DNA from: Spirochaetota bacterium
Lineage (GTDB): Bacteria > Spirochaetota > Spirochaetia > Treponematales > Rectinemataceae
Assembly: GCA_026398595.1 (NCBI GenBank)
Contig: JAPLSO010000033.1
Location: 25,028-89,027 of the forward strand
Reading direction: 5' to 3'
DNA: 64,000 bases
The notes beneath the pieces are model-generated. The model was not told where the DNA came from. It ran no database searches and saw nothing but the letters and a program-made list of their open reading frames with translations. Positions within the stretch are counted from its first letter, which is position 1, and every line of letters starts with the position of its first letter. Position numbers and translations under genes: made by a program. This document shows, one piece after another, positions 54,538-64,000 of the stretch.

Positions 54538-55141
54538 GCCGGAGAGTGCGATCCTCGGTATTCTCGAGAGGACCAGCAAGCCCTCCCGGAGGTTCCACAG
54601 CCTATCGGTGGCCGTTACAGTCGAATCCCTCTGCCTCCGCTTCGGCATCGATCCCCGGAAGGGACGAGTCGCTGGTCTTGGACACGATATCGTGAAGGAT
54701 AGGCCTATCGAGGAACAATGGGCTCTGGCCGGAAGGACTGCGGCCCATTCCCAAACCATGTCTTTCTTTGATCTGGTTTCGAGCCTTGAGGATACAGAGT
54801 TCGCCGATAAGGTGGTTCATGGTCCGGCCGGTGCGGTCTTTCTCTTCGAATCGGGCCTTGTCGGATCCGAAGACGTACTGAGAGCCGTCGCCTACCACTC
54901 CACAGCCCGTCTCGGCATGGGATCTCTCGAGAAGATTGTGTTCGCCGCCGACAAACTTGAGCCGGGAAGAAAGGGCGCGGGGCCGGAGGAAGCCAAAGCC
55001 CTGATCGAACTCGGGCTCGATGATCTCTTCTTCTTCGCCCTCAAACGCTCGATGCGCTGGCTGGGCTTTCATGGCGCCTCTATTGCCCAAAGCACTATCG
55101 ACCTGTACAATGCCCTCAAATCCGCCGGAAAGGGAACATGA
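54515..55141 (+). CDS. yqeK: HD-domain phosphohydrolase YqeK
   Basis: RFHSLSVAVTVESL...AGLGHDIVKD...HGPAGAVFL...AVAYHST...FAADKLEPGR. Conserved nadD-yqeK-rsfS neighbourhood. Confidence 0.8.
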   Translation: MDCTDLGEPESAILGILERTSKPSRRFHSLSVAVTVESLCLRFGIDPRKGRVAGLGHDIVKDRPIEEQWALAGRTAAHSQTMSFFDLVSSLEDTEFADKVVHGPAGAVFLFESGLVGSEDVLRAVAYHSTARLGMGSLEKIVFAADKLEPGRKGAGPEEAKALIELGLDDLFFFALKRSMRWLGFHGASIAQSTIDLYNALKSAGKGT

Positions 55142-56313
55142 GGAAGTTAGCTTTCAATAAAAGTCACATTCTTCTTTGGATCATCATAGGCCTCTTCATC
55201 ATCGCGGCCGGTACAGGATTCTTCATCCTCAAGGGGGAGAGTCTCGCCCTCCAGATAAAGACGGACCGGCCAATCAACATCCTCGTCATTTTTGAGAACG
55301 CGGGAAGGCCACTTTCCACCCAGCTCCTCATGTTCTACCCCTCAAAGTCCAAGGCAGCTCTCCTCGATGTACCCTCCAATATGGCCGTCATTCTCAAGAC
55401 GATAAAACGGATGGATAGGATCGATCTCAGCTACAAGGCTGGCCACCCCAAGAATTTCATCACCGAGGTCGCCAGCTATCTCGATGTGCCGATCAATGGG
55501 TACATGCTCTTCGATGAGGCTGGTCTCGCGCGTATGGTCGATCTCCTTGATGGTTTACCTCTTTTCATCCCGAGCATGATTATCCAGGAGGGCAAGAATG
55601 CCGTCCGCCTTCCAGGTGGAGCCGTTGTCCTCGACGGGGAGAAGGTGGAGCAGTACCTTGTCTACAAGGATGAGGAGGAAAGCGAATCGGATGCCCTGGC
55701 GAGACGGCAGAAGCTCGTCATCGGACTCCTGCGCAAGCTTTCGGAAAAATCCAAGTACCTCTCGGCGAAGGACAGTTCTCAGATCCTGGCGTCCAGCTTC
55801 GCAAGTGATCTAGGCATGGCTGCCAGAAAGAAACTTCTCAGGGAGATGTCCTCGCTGGACGCGGATTCGATTCTTCTTCAGAAGATCACGGGCATGTACA
55901 GGACGGTTGAGAGTCAGAGGCTCTTCTTCCCCTTCTATGATGGCGAGCTCGCCAGGGACATGCTCAAGCAAACCTTAAGTGCCATGAGTCAGTCCGCGGT
56001 GGCTTCTTCCGGAGGCCGAATCTATACGGTGGAAGTGCTGAACGGCACGACGGAGAAGGGACTTGCCTCCAGGACAGCCGATATATTCGAAAGCTTCGGC
56101 TACGAGGTTGTGTCCGTTGGCAACACTGCCAAGCTGGATTATGCCAAGACGGTCATCATCGACCGTTATGGCGACAAGGAAGCCCTGGCCTCCGTGGCCA
56201 ACGTGATACACTGCGATAAATTCGCCGACGCGGCGGAATACAAGGGATCCATCAAGGCTGATTATTCCATCATACTCGGGACCGATTTCGACGGGAGGGT
56301 TTGTGTTCGATAG
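55138..56313 (+). CDS. LytR-CpsA-Psr (LCP) family protein with LytR_C domain
   Basis: N-terminal TM anchor. LCP core NILVIFENAGRPLSTQLLMFYPSKSKAALLDVPSN...MVDLLDGLPLFIP. C-terminus YTVEVLNGTTEKGLASRTADIFESFGYEVVSVGN. Confidence 0.8.
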   Translation: MRKLAFNKSHILLWIIIGLFIIAAGTGFFILKGESLALQIKTDRPINILVIFENAGRPLSTQLLMFYPSKSKAALLDVPSNMAVILKTIKRMDRIDLSYKAGHPKNFITEVASYLDVPINGYMLFDEAGLARMVDLLDGLPLFIPSMIIQEGKNAVRLPGGAVVLDGEKVEQYLVYKDEEESESDALARRQKLVIGLLRKLSEKSKYLSAKDSSQILASSFASDLGMAARKKLLREMSSLDADSILLQKITGMYRTVESQRLFFPFYDGELARDMLKQTLSAMSQSAVASSGGRIYTVEVLNGTTEKGLASRTADIFESFGYEVVSVGNTAKLDYAKTVIIDRYGDKEALASVANVIHCDKFADAAEYKGSIKADYSIILGTDFDGRVCVR

Positions 56314-56665
56314 CAAGTCTCTGGCGTTAACCGTGGCCGGAATCCTGGCCGAGCACAAGGCGGGCGATGTCGTCGTCCTCGACCTCAAGGCACTAGCTGA
56401 GTGGACGGACTATTTCGTAATCGGCACCTGCAGTTCGAGCGTCCATATGCGCGGGCTTTCCCGGGCCGTCGAAGAGGCGGCCCAAGAGCAGAACGCCGAG
56501 TCTCTCAATACGCCCATGGTCACGGAGGATCAAAGTTGGCTCCTCTACGACCTTGGTGATGTTGTCGTCCACCTCATGAACAAGGAAGCGCGTGAATTCT
56601 ACGAATTGGAAAAGCTCTGGTTCACGGCTCCTGAGATCAGGATAGGCTCCGCAGGGCTTTCCTGA
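56303..56665 (+). CDS. rsfS: Ribosome silencing factor RsfS
   Basis: ILAEHKAGDVVVLDLKALAEWTDYFVIGTCSSSVHMRGL...WLLYDLGDVVVHLMNKEAREFYELEKLW. Confidence 0.85.
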   Translation: MFDSKSLALTVAGILAEHKAGDVVVLDLKALAEWTDYFVIGTCSSSVHMRGLSRAVEEAAQEQNAESLNTPMVTEDQSWLLYDLGDVVVHLMNKEAREFYELEKLWFTAPEIRIGSAGLS

Positions 56666-56684
56666 TTAGTCTGCGTGCTATTTA

Positions 56685-56714
56685 AAAGGGCTGTCCAATG
56701 GGACAGCCCTTTTA
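56685..56714. terminator. Bidirectional terminator between rsfS and the acidic-protein gene
   Basis: aaaagggctgtcc-aatg-ggacagccctttt is a perfect 9-bp GC-rich core stem extended by A/T pairs. It has A/T runs on both sides. Confidence 0.75.
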
Positions 56715-56735
56715 TTCAGCCGTTGCAGCTACCAT

Positions 56736-57050
56736 TCACTCATCGAGGTCGTCGTACTCCGTGTCGTCATCCAAGCCTAAATCATCTTCGTCGTCATCCT
56801 CGAAATCCTCGTCATCGTCAAACTCGTCGTCATCGAGCTCGTCGTCATCGAACTCGTCGTCGTCGAACTCGTCATCATCATCGCCGAGATCATCGTCCTC
56901 GAGATCATCATCCTCGTCGTCGTAGCTGTCGTCGAAATGGACAGGCGTCCTAAGCGTGAAGCCCGAGTCCTTGAATATGCCTTCGCTCGTTATAGCGACC
57001 AGCTCGTATTCCTTCCTCGTCGATGTCGAAGCGTCGTAGATGGGGGTCAT
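56736..57050 (-). CDS. Small protein with an extreme poly-acidic (D/E/F/L) C-terminal tail
   Basis: ATG 57050 is preceded by gggaggaa. MTPIYDASTSTRKEYELVAITSEGIFKDSGFTLRTPVHFDDSYDDEDDDLEDDDLGDDDDEFDDDEFDDDELDDDEFDDDEDFEDDDEDDLGLDDDTEYDDLDE. The ORF-track start at 57182 has no RBS. Confidence 0.6.
   Translation of the reverse strand: MTPIYDASTSTRKEYELVAITSEGIFKDSGFTLRTPVHFDDSYDDEDDDLEDDDLGDDDDEFDDDEFDDDELDDDEFDDDEDFEDDDEDDLGLDDDTEYDDLDE
56810..56915. repeat. Imperfect 15-nt tandem periodicity encoding (D-D-D-E-F/L)n
   Basis: gtcatcgtcaaactc / gtcgtcatcgagctc / gtcgtcatcgaactc / gtcgtcgtcgaactc / gtcatcatcatcgcc / gagatcatcgtcctc / gagatcatcatcctc. Confidence 0.6.
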
Positions 57051-57278
57051 TGTGATTTCCTCCCTCACTTTCACTGAAAGAATGACGGTGCGCGTACTAT
57101 GCGTCCTAAGCAGGGACTCGTCAAGTCCTAAAAAATACTGCGCAAGCAACGAAAATCTAAAGAGGCATTCTGGTTCTGTCAACTAGAAAAGTGCTTTTTT
57201 CTCAAAAATGCGTCGTATGGCGCCTGGATAGCTTCTGGGGATTCAAATGGGCTCTGAAATGCGCTACATTCTTCCTCG

Positions 57279-58220
57279 ATGGCACGATTTATCGAGGTCG
57301 AGGCTTTCGCGAAAATAAACATTGGCCTGAGTGTAGGACGGCGGGGCGCCGATGGATACCACCCGATATCAAGCGTCTTCCATTCCATAGCTTTAAGCGA
57401 CTTTCTGCGTATCGGAGAAAAGAAAGGCTCAGGCATCGAGCTCGCAGGGAGCTTCGACTGCAGACCTGAAGCGACGACGATATACAAGGCAGCTGAACTA
57501 TTTCTCGATTTCCTGAAACTCGAAACCGGTCTAAAGATCGATGTGGAAAAGCGAATACCGGTTCAGGCGGGACTGGGAGGAGGCTCAGCCGACGCGGCTG
57601 CCGTCCTGGCTGGTCTTGACCGTCTTTTCTCAACGGGAAAAAGTGCGCGGGAACTGGCCGAATTGGGCTCCTGTCTAGGCGCTGACGTACCGTTTTTCCT
57701 TTTAGGTGGAGCCGCCTATGTCACAGGCAGGGGCGAATGCGTCGAGCCGCTTGTTCCAAGGCCTGACCTTGGAATCCTTCTCCTCAAGCCGGGATTCGGC
57801 ATACCGACTGCTCGGGCCTATGCCAAACTCGATACGTTCAGAGCGGGAGGGGGCGATCTCCAGGCACTGGATAGGCCGCCCGCGTCAACCGGTTCCCTCG
57901 CCTCCAGGGTCCGGGCTTCGGCGATGCTTATGCGAAAGTCAGCCTTGTGGACCTTCAAAAACGACTTCGGCCCGCTTCTGTACGGAACTTTCCCAGAGTA
58001 CGAAATCTTCGAGGCGGCGCTGAAGGAAGCCGGAGCTGGCTATATTTCCATCTCCGGATCAGGATCGTGCATCTACGGCGTTTTCGAATCATCTCAAGAT
58101 GCGGAAGATGCCCTGGGACGCGTCGAGGAGCGCTTCTCGTCGACGTTCGGCCCAAAAACCTTATCTGGCATGGCATTGCGAGCAATAAAACCGCTTGAAA
58201 CAAGTCTCGTTCTGAGGTAG
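57279..58220 (+). CDS. ispE: 4-diphosphocytidyl-2-C-methyl-D-erythritol kinase
   Basis: [44 protein letters not shown] (GHMP kinase motif) and [12 protein letters not shown]. Confidence 0.9.
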   Translation: MARFIEVEAFAKINIGLSVGRRGADGYHPISSVFHSIALSDFLRIGEKKGSGIELAGSFDCRPEATTIYKAAELFLDFLKLETGLKIDVEKRIPVQAGLGGGSADAAAVLAGLDRLFSTGKSARELAELGSCLGADVPFFLLGGAAYVTGRGECVEPLVPRPDLGILLLKPGFGIPTARAYAKLDTFRAGGGDLQALDRPPASTGSLASRVRASAMLMRKSALWTFKNDFGPLLYGTFPEYEIFEAALKEAGAGYISISGSGSCIYGVFESSQDAEDALGRVEERFSSTFGPKTLSGMALRAIKPLETSLVLR

Positions 58221-58263
58221 TATCCACCCAGGTAGCTGCGTACACAAAAGGAGCGACCTTGCC

Positions 58264-58548
58264 ATGGAAATTACGGACATCAGAATCCGGAAAGTTCCGA
58301 CTGAGGGTAAGTTGAAGGCCTATGTCACGGTGACCTTCGATGAATGCTTCGTGGTGCACAACGTTAAGATCATCGAGGGGAAGAACGGCGTCTTCATCGC
58401 CATGCCCAGCAGAAGGACGAATACCGGCGAGTACAAGGATATAGCACATCCCATTTGTCCGGATTTTCGAACCAAACTGCAGGAACACATCCTGGCCGCC
58501 TACGCTGCGGATACAGGCAGCGACGAGACCGTACCCGCTTTCGAGTGA
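58264..58548 (+). CDS. spoVG: SpoVG family nucleic-acid-binding protein
   Basis: [64 protein letters not shown]. Confidence 0.9.
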   Translation: MEITDIRIRKVPTEGKLKAYVTVTFDECFVVHNVKIIEGKNGVFIAMPSRRTNTGEYKDIAHPICPDFRTKLQEHILAAYAADTGSDETVPAFE

Positions 58549-58583
58549 CGCGACAGCAGCCAACGCTTTCCGGAGCTTCAATG

Positions 58584-58655
58584 TGGGACGTCGGCAAGCG
58601 GTAAGCCCCCGGGTTTTGGTCCCGGTATTCGCAGGTTCGAATCCTGCCGTCCCAG
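58584..58655 (+). tRNA. tRNA-Gln (anticodon UUG)
   Basis: TGGGACGTCGGCAAGCGGTAAGCCCCCGGGTTTTGGTCCCGGTATTCGCAGGTTCGAATCCTGCCGTCCCAG. Anticodon stem is CCGGG/CCCGG with loop UUUUGGU. The architecture matches E. coli tRNA-Gln. CCA is not encoded. Confidence 0.9.
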
Positions 58656-58694
58656 TACAGCTGGCAGAGCCATCTATAGTAAGGAGAGACTGAC

Positions 58695-59414
58695 ATGGAA
58701 AGATTTGTTCTCAAAGCTTTGAATAGGACAAAGGCGACCAAGGGTGAACTCAATAAGTTTAGGCGCGACGGCAAGATTCCCGCCATCGTCTACGGAGGTG
58801 GCAAGGCGACGGTTAACCTTTTCGTTTTCCGGAGCGAGTACGAGAAGGCCCTGATGAGCATCACCGAGAGCACGATCATCGCACTCGATGTTGAGGGTAA
58901 AAAACTAAAAGTCTTCGTAAAGGAGCATCAGCGGTCCGCAGTCAAGAAGGACCTCCTCCACATTGATTTCCTCGAAGTCCAGGAAGGCAAAGTACTCCAT
59001 GCCCATGTCCGAATCTTCCTGCACGGAACGCCTGCGGGCGTCGTGGCCGGCGGAGTCCTCGAGAATCCCACCCACGAAATCGAGGTCGCCTGCGATCCTG
59101 AGTTCCTGCCCGAGCGGATAGAACTCGATATCACCAGCCTCGAGGCTAATCATGCCATCCATGTGAGGGATCTCCCTGTCATGGAAAACGTCAAGATCCT
59201 CACCAACCCGGAGACCGTCTTGGCCGCCGTTAAGTTTGCCAAGAAGGAAGTCGAGCCTGAAGTCGTGGCGGTTGCAGCCGAGGCTACAGAAGAGGGTGGT
59301 GTCGAAGGCGCGGCCCCTGCGGCCGCAGAGGCCGCGGAAGGCAAGGATACCAAGGACACCAAAGACACTAAAGATACTAAAGATACTAAAGATTCCAAGA
59401 ACACCAAGGCCTGA
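58695..59414 (+). CDS. rplY: 50S ribosomal protein L25/general stress protein Ctc with KDT-repeat tail
   Basis: LNRTKATKGELNKFRRDGKIPAIVYGGGK...DLLHIDFLEV...GVLENPTHEIEVAC is the Ctc form. The C-terminus ends GKDTKDTKDTKDTKDTKDSKNTKA. Confidence 0.85.
   Translation: MERFVLKALNRTKATKGELNKFRRDGKIPAIVYGGGKATVNLFVFRSEYEKALMSITESTIIALDVEGKKLKVFVKEHQRSAVKKDLLHIDFLEVQEGKVLHAHVRIFLHGTPAGVVAGGVLENPTHEIEVACDPEFLPERIELDITSLEANHAIHVRDLPVMENVKILTNPETVLAAVKFAKKEVEPEVVAVAAEATEEGGVEGAAPAAAEAAEGKDTKDTKDTKDTKDTKDSKNTKA
59342..59408 (+). repeat. 9-nt tandem repeat (about 7 units) encoding (K-D-T)n
   Basis: aaggatacc aaggacacc aaagacact aaagatact aaagatact aaagattcc aagaacacc. Confidence 0.6.
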
Positions 59415-59440
59415 GCAGGGAAGGCGGGCTCTCAGCCTTG

Positions 59441-59482
59441 AAATCAGTTTTGCGGGGAAAACCCGCAGAACTGATTTTTTTT
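59441..59482 (+). terminator. Rho-independent terminator after ctc
   Basis: aaatcagttttgcgggg-aaaa-cccgcagaactgattt has one mismatch in the stem and is followed by a T8 run. Confidence 0.8.
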
Positions 59483-59538
59483 ACCGTTCCCAGCGTGAAG
59501 AGCAATCCGGATAAAAAGGCTTCGGCTTTGGAGGTTTC

Positions 59539-60966
59539 GTGAACAGCAGTGGGAAGTCCCCCATTCAAAGACTCGGCGAAACGATAGGGGACTTCTTCAA
59601 ACGTAATCCAGGCATTGATCCGGCAAGAAGCATCGTCGCCTATTCAGGGGGCATCGACTCATCATGCCTGCTTGATATTCTCGCCCTTCTGGGCAAAAGA
59701 CCGGCTCGGGCTGTCTATGTGGATCACAATCTGCGCGATCCCGACGAATTGGAAAAGGAAAGGACAGCCGTAGGCGCTTTCTGCGCCGAACGCGGCATAG
59801 CTCTCACGATCGCGACGATAAAGCCTGGTGCCGTGGCCAGCCTCGCCCGGCGTAAAGGTATAGGCATCGAGGCCGCGGCCAGGGAATTCCGCTATAGGAT
59901 CCTTTGCCGTGAAGCATCGATGCGGCAGGCCTCCTTCGTCTTCATGGCCCATCAGGAGGATGATCTCCTCGAAACCATGCTTTTCAGGATGCTCAGAGGA
60001 TCAAGTGTCGAAGGTCTCAAGGGTATAGCCGAGACAAGGAACTTAATGCCGGGCATCAATCTCGTCCGGCCATTCCTTGCCGTACCAAGGTCCTTCATCG
60101 CGGCATATGTGGCGGAACGCGGCGTACCGTTTGTCCAGGATTCTACTAACGAGGGGGATCAGTATGCCCGAAACCGTCTGCGCCATCGGCTCATCCCCGT
60201 CCTTGACGCGGAGTTTCCTGGGTGGAGATCGGGACTTTTAGGGACAAGATCCCTCCTCGAAGCCGATGCGCTGGCCCTTAGGGAGGCCGAAAACGCGCTC
60301 ATCAACGGGAAAGACGGCAAGGGTCCTTCGGTATCCATCGAGGCCTTCCGAAAGGCTAGTCCCGCCTTGCAAGGCAGGATTCTCGGCCGTCTCCTCACCT
60401 TGAGTGGCACGAAGGCGAGGTTCAGCCGCGCCGCCCTGGCCTCAGCCGCCAGGTCCCTGGCGGGGGGGACCGAAAGACTGCGGTGCTATGACAGAAGCTT
60501 CAGCGTTTCAGACGGGAGGCTCAAATCCTTGCAGGCCCTTGATTTTAGACCTGAACACGGGTATTTTTTCAAGATATCCTCTGAGGGAAAATGCAGCGCT
60601 GGTGGTATCGAAGTATACACGCTGTGGACTGCCCCCGGAGGTGATGTTGATTCGATTTATAAAAGGACCAGAGGCAGGAGTTTCCTTGTTGAGGGATCCT
60701 TTGAGTTTCCGCTCGTCATCCGAACGCGGATGCCCGGGGACAGGATCGCCATAGAAAAGGGGTCCTCCCTGGTGGACGATCTAATGAAGGCTTGGGGAAT
60801 CAAACCCGAGCTGAGGAAAATCGTTCCGATTGTCGAGGACAGCCGGGGAATCGCAGCTGTCCTGCCTGGAGCTATGGAAAATCCTCCGGCTGAACGAGAA
60901 CTGCACCGCTATTATTCCGGCCCCCTTTCGGGCAGACAATTTTTCATACGAGTCAAAGGAGTTTGA
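59539..60966 (+). CDS. tilS: tRNA(Ile)-lysidine synthase
   Basis: PP-loop VAYSGGIDSSCLLDIL, HQEDDLLETMLFRMLRG, and a C-terminal TilS substrate domain (IRTRMPGDRI). Confidence 0.9.
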   Translation: MNSSGKSPIQRLGETIGDFFKRNPGIDPARSIVAYSGGIDSSCLLDILALLGKRPARAVYVDHNLRDPDELEKERTAVGAFCAERGIALTIATIKPGAVASLARRKGIGIEAAAREFRYRILCREASMRQASFVFMAHQEDDLLETMLFRMLRGSSVEGLKGIAETRNLMPGINLVRPFLAVPRSFIAAYVAERGVPFVQDSTNEGDQYARNRLRHRLIPVLDAEFPGWRSGLLGTRSLLEADALALREAENALINGKDGKGPSVSIEAFRKASPALQGRILGRLLTLSGTKARFSRAALASAARSLAGGTERLRCYDRSFSVSDGRLKSLQALDFRPEHGYFFKISSEGKCSAGGIEVYTLWTAPGGDVDSIYKRTRGRSFLVEGSFEFPLVIRTRMPGDRIAIEKGSSLVDDLMKAWGIKPELRKIVPIVEDSRGIAAVLPGAMENPPAERELHRYYSGPLSGRQFFIRVKGV

Positions 60967-60972
60967 GGTCAG

Positions 60973-62859
<1,887 letters not shown>

Positions 62860-64000
62860 ATGAGAGCGAGTGCCTGGACCAAGGCGCTCTCGTTGGTCGT
62901 CCTTCTGGCGATCGTCCTATCCTGCTCGACGATTTCTTCGAATGAATCCGGCTCGGCCCCGGGGAAAGTTGACCTCGATCTTCTTATCACACTCGCGGCC
63001 GAGGATCCTGAAGCAGTATTTGAAAAACTCACGGTTTGGTCGCTCGAGGGGCTGCTCGCCGCAGGAGCGGATACAGCCAAGGCCTCAACTATCGCCGAGG
63101 CCGCTGCCGACAGGCTTGCTGCTCTTCTCTCAGAGGCACTCGGTAAAGGGGCCTGGAAGGAAGCCAGGAGGCTTTGGTCCTCCCTTTCGGCGGTTTCCGG
63201 CCTTTCAGGCGAACTATTCATGGCCGCAGCCTCCAGGGCCGCCATGGCTCTTTCCAAAGGCATGGCTTCCAGGATAGCTATGGGTGAGGCGAGGGAATAT
63301 AGGGACAAGGGTCTCTATGCCCCCGCCGTATCGGCCCTGCTCGAAGCCCTTGGTTCGGAGAAGGACAGCAAAATCCTCGATGTCCAGGAAGGAAAGAACT
63401 GGCTTGCCTTGATGAAAAAGGCCGGCGATGGGGAGGCGGTTGCGCGTCTCGGAGCGCAAACTGGCTTGCTGGCAAGCGATATACCGTCCTCGACTGTTCC
63501 AAAAGCTTCAATCAAGGAAGAGGTGTCGGGCGTCGTCACGGTTTACATCGACAAGGGCCTCAAGATAGAGAACGGGGTAGGCTATCCGGATCGCGTACTG
63601 GGTACGGCCTTTCAGATCGATCCCGAAGGCTACTACCTGACGAACTACCATGTCATCGCGAGCGAGGTTGACCCGGAGTACGAAGGCTATTCCAGGCTCT
63701 CTATCCGCCCTTCCGCAAAACCCGAAGCGAGAATTCCCGCCAAGGTCGTGGGCTGGAACAGGGCGCTCGATCTTGCCCTCATCAAGAGCTCGGAAAAAGC
63801 TGGCTATACCTTCTCCCTGGAAGGGGCAGAGGAGATCGAGAAGGGGACAAAGGTCTACGCCATCGGAAGCCCTGTCGGTCTCGAGAATAGCCTCACTTCG
63901 GGCATCGTAAGTGCTCAGGGAAGGCGAATACTGTCCAGGGGCGAAGCTCTGCAGATTGATGTGTCAGTTAACCCCGGCAACTCTGGAGGTCCCCTGGTGA
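62860..64000 (+). CDS. Trypsin-like (S1C/DegP-type) serine protease lipoprotein, 3-prime end outside the window
   Basis: It is not in the ORF track because it has no stop inside the window. ATG 62860 abuts the ftsH TGA. MRASAWTKALSLVVLLAIVLSCS carries a lipobox. The catalytic triad context is TNYHVI, ALDLALIK and NPGNSGGPLV. Confidence 0.8.
   Translation, partial: MRASAWTKALSLVVLLAIVLSCSTISSNESGSAPGKVDLDLLITLAAEDPEAVFEKLTVWSLEGLLAAGADTAKASTIAEAAADRLAALLSEALGKGAWKEARRLWSSLSAVSGLSGELFMAAASRAAMALSKGMASRIAMGEAREYRDKGLYAPAVSALLEALGSEKDSKILDVQEGKNWLALMKKAGDGEAVARLGAQTGLLASDIPSSTVPKASIKEEVSGVVTVYIDKGLKIENGVGYPDRVLGTAFQIDPEGYYLTNYHVIASEVDPEYEGYSRLSIRPSAKPEARIPAKVVGWNRALDLALIKSSEKAGYTFSLEGAEEIEKGTKVYAIGSPVGLENSLTSGIVSAQGRRILSRGEALQIDVSVNPGNSGGPLV

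Noticed and set aside
56698-56925. Plus-strand ORF encoding a poly-serine protein (SSSSSKSSSSSNSSS...).
   Set aside because: It is the mirror image of the poly-Asp/Glu coding repeat on the minus strand. The minus-strand gene has an RBS and sits correctly relative to the bidirectional terminator.
57279-57296. TGGCAC hexamer (57280..57285), which might indicate a sigma-54 -24 element.
   Set aside because: It overlaps the ispE start codon (ATGGCAC), and the required GC -12 element (TTGCW) at the right spacing is absent.

Overview
GC-rich bacterial chromosomal segment that looks spirochaete-like. Supporting this: an 894-aa long-form GreA, a V-type ATPase operon in the Borrelia/Treponema order E-(C-like)-A-B-D-I-K, pyruvate phosphate dikinase, and SpoVG. 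About 85% of the window is densely packed housekeeping: greA, rpe, dtd, ppdK, dinB, metG, ispG, mfd, ligA, argS, rplU-rpmA-obg-nadD-yqeK-LCP-rsfS, ispE-spoVG-tRNA-Gln-ctc, and tilS-ftsH followed by an S1 protease that runs off the 3-prime end. I found no CRISPR array, recognisable defence system or intact mobile element. The accessory or unusual parts are listed below. (1) A decayed ~5.4 kb island at tRNA-Gly(UCC). It is bounded by a copy of the tRNA 3-prime half and carries an integrase stub, three broken sugar-utilisation genes and one intact GH26 lipoprotein. (2) A 1347-aa secreted protein fusing a beta-lactamase-fold hydrolase to an S9 prolyl-oligopeptidase, with a lone tRNA-Met fragment just downstream. 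(3) A specialised NusG paralog overlapping the first gene of a three-subunit molybdenum-hydroxylase-like operon, whose large subunit lacks the usual glycine-rich motif. (4) PPDK with a ~124-aa Lys/Ala-rich C-terminal tail containing AT-hook motifs. (5) Smaller oddities: an NtrC-type regulator reduced to a receiver stub plus Fis HTH, an AmmeMemoRadiSam A+B pair with no radical-SAM partner, and a small protein with a periodic poly-acidic tail. All calls rest on reading the ORF translations and the DNA directly; no database search was run.
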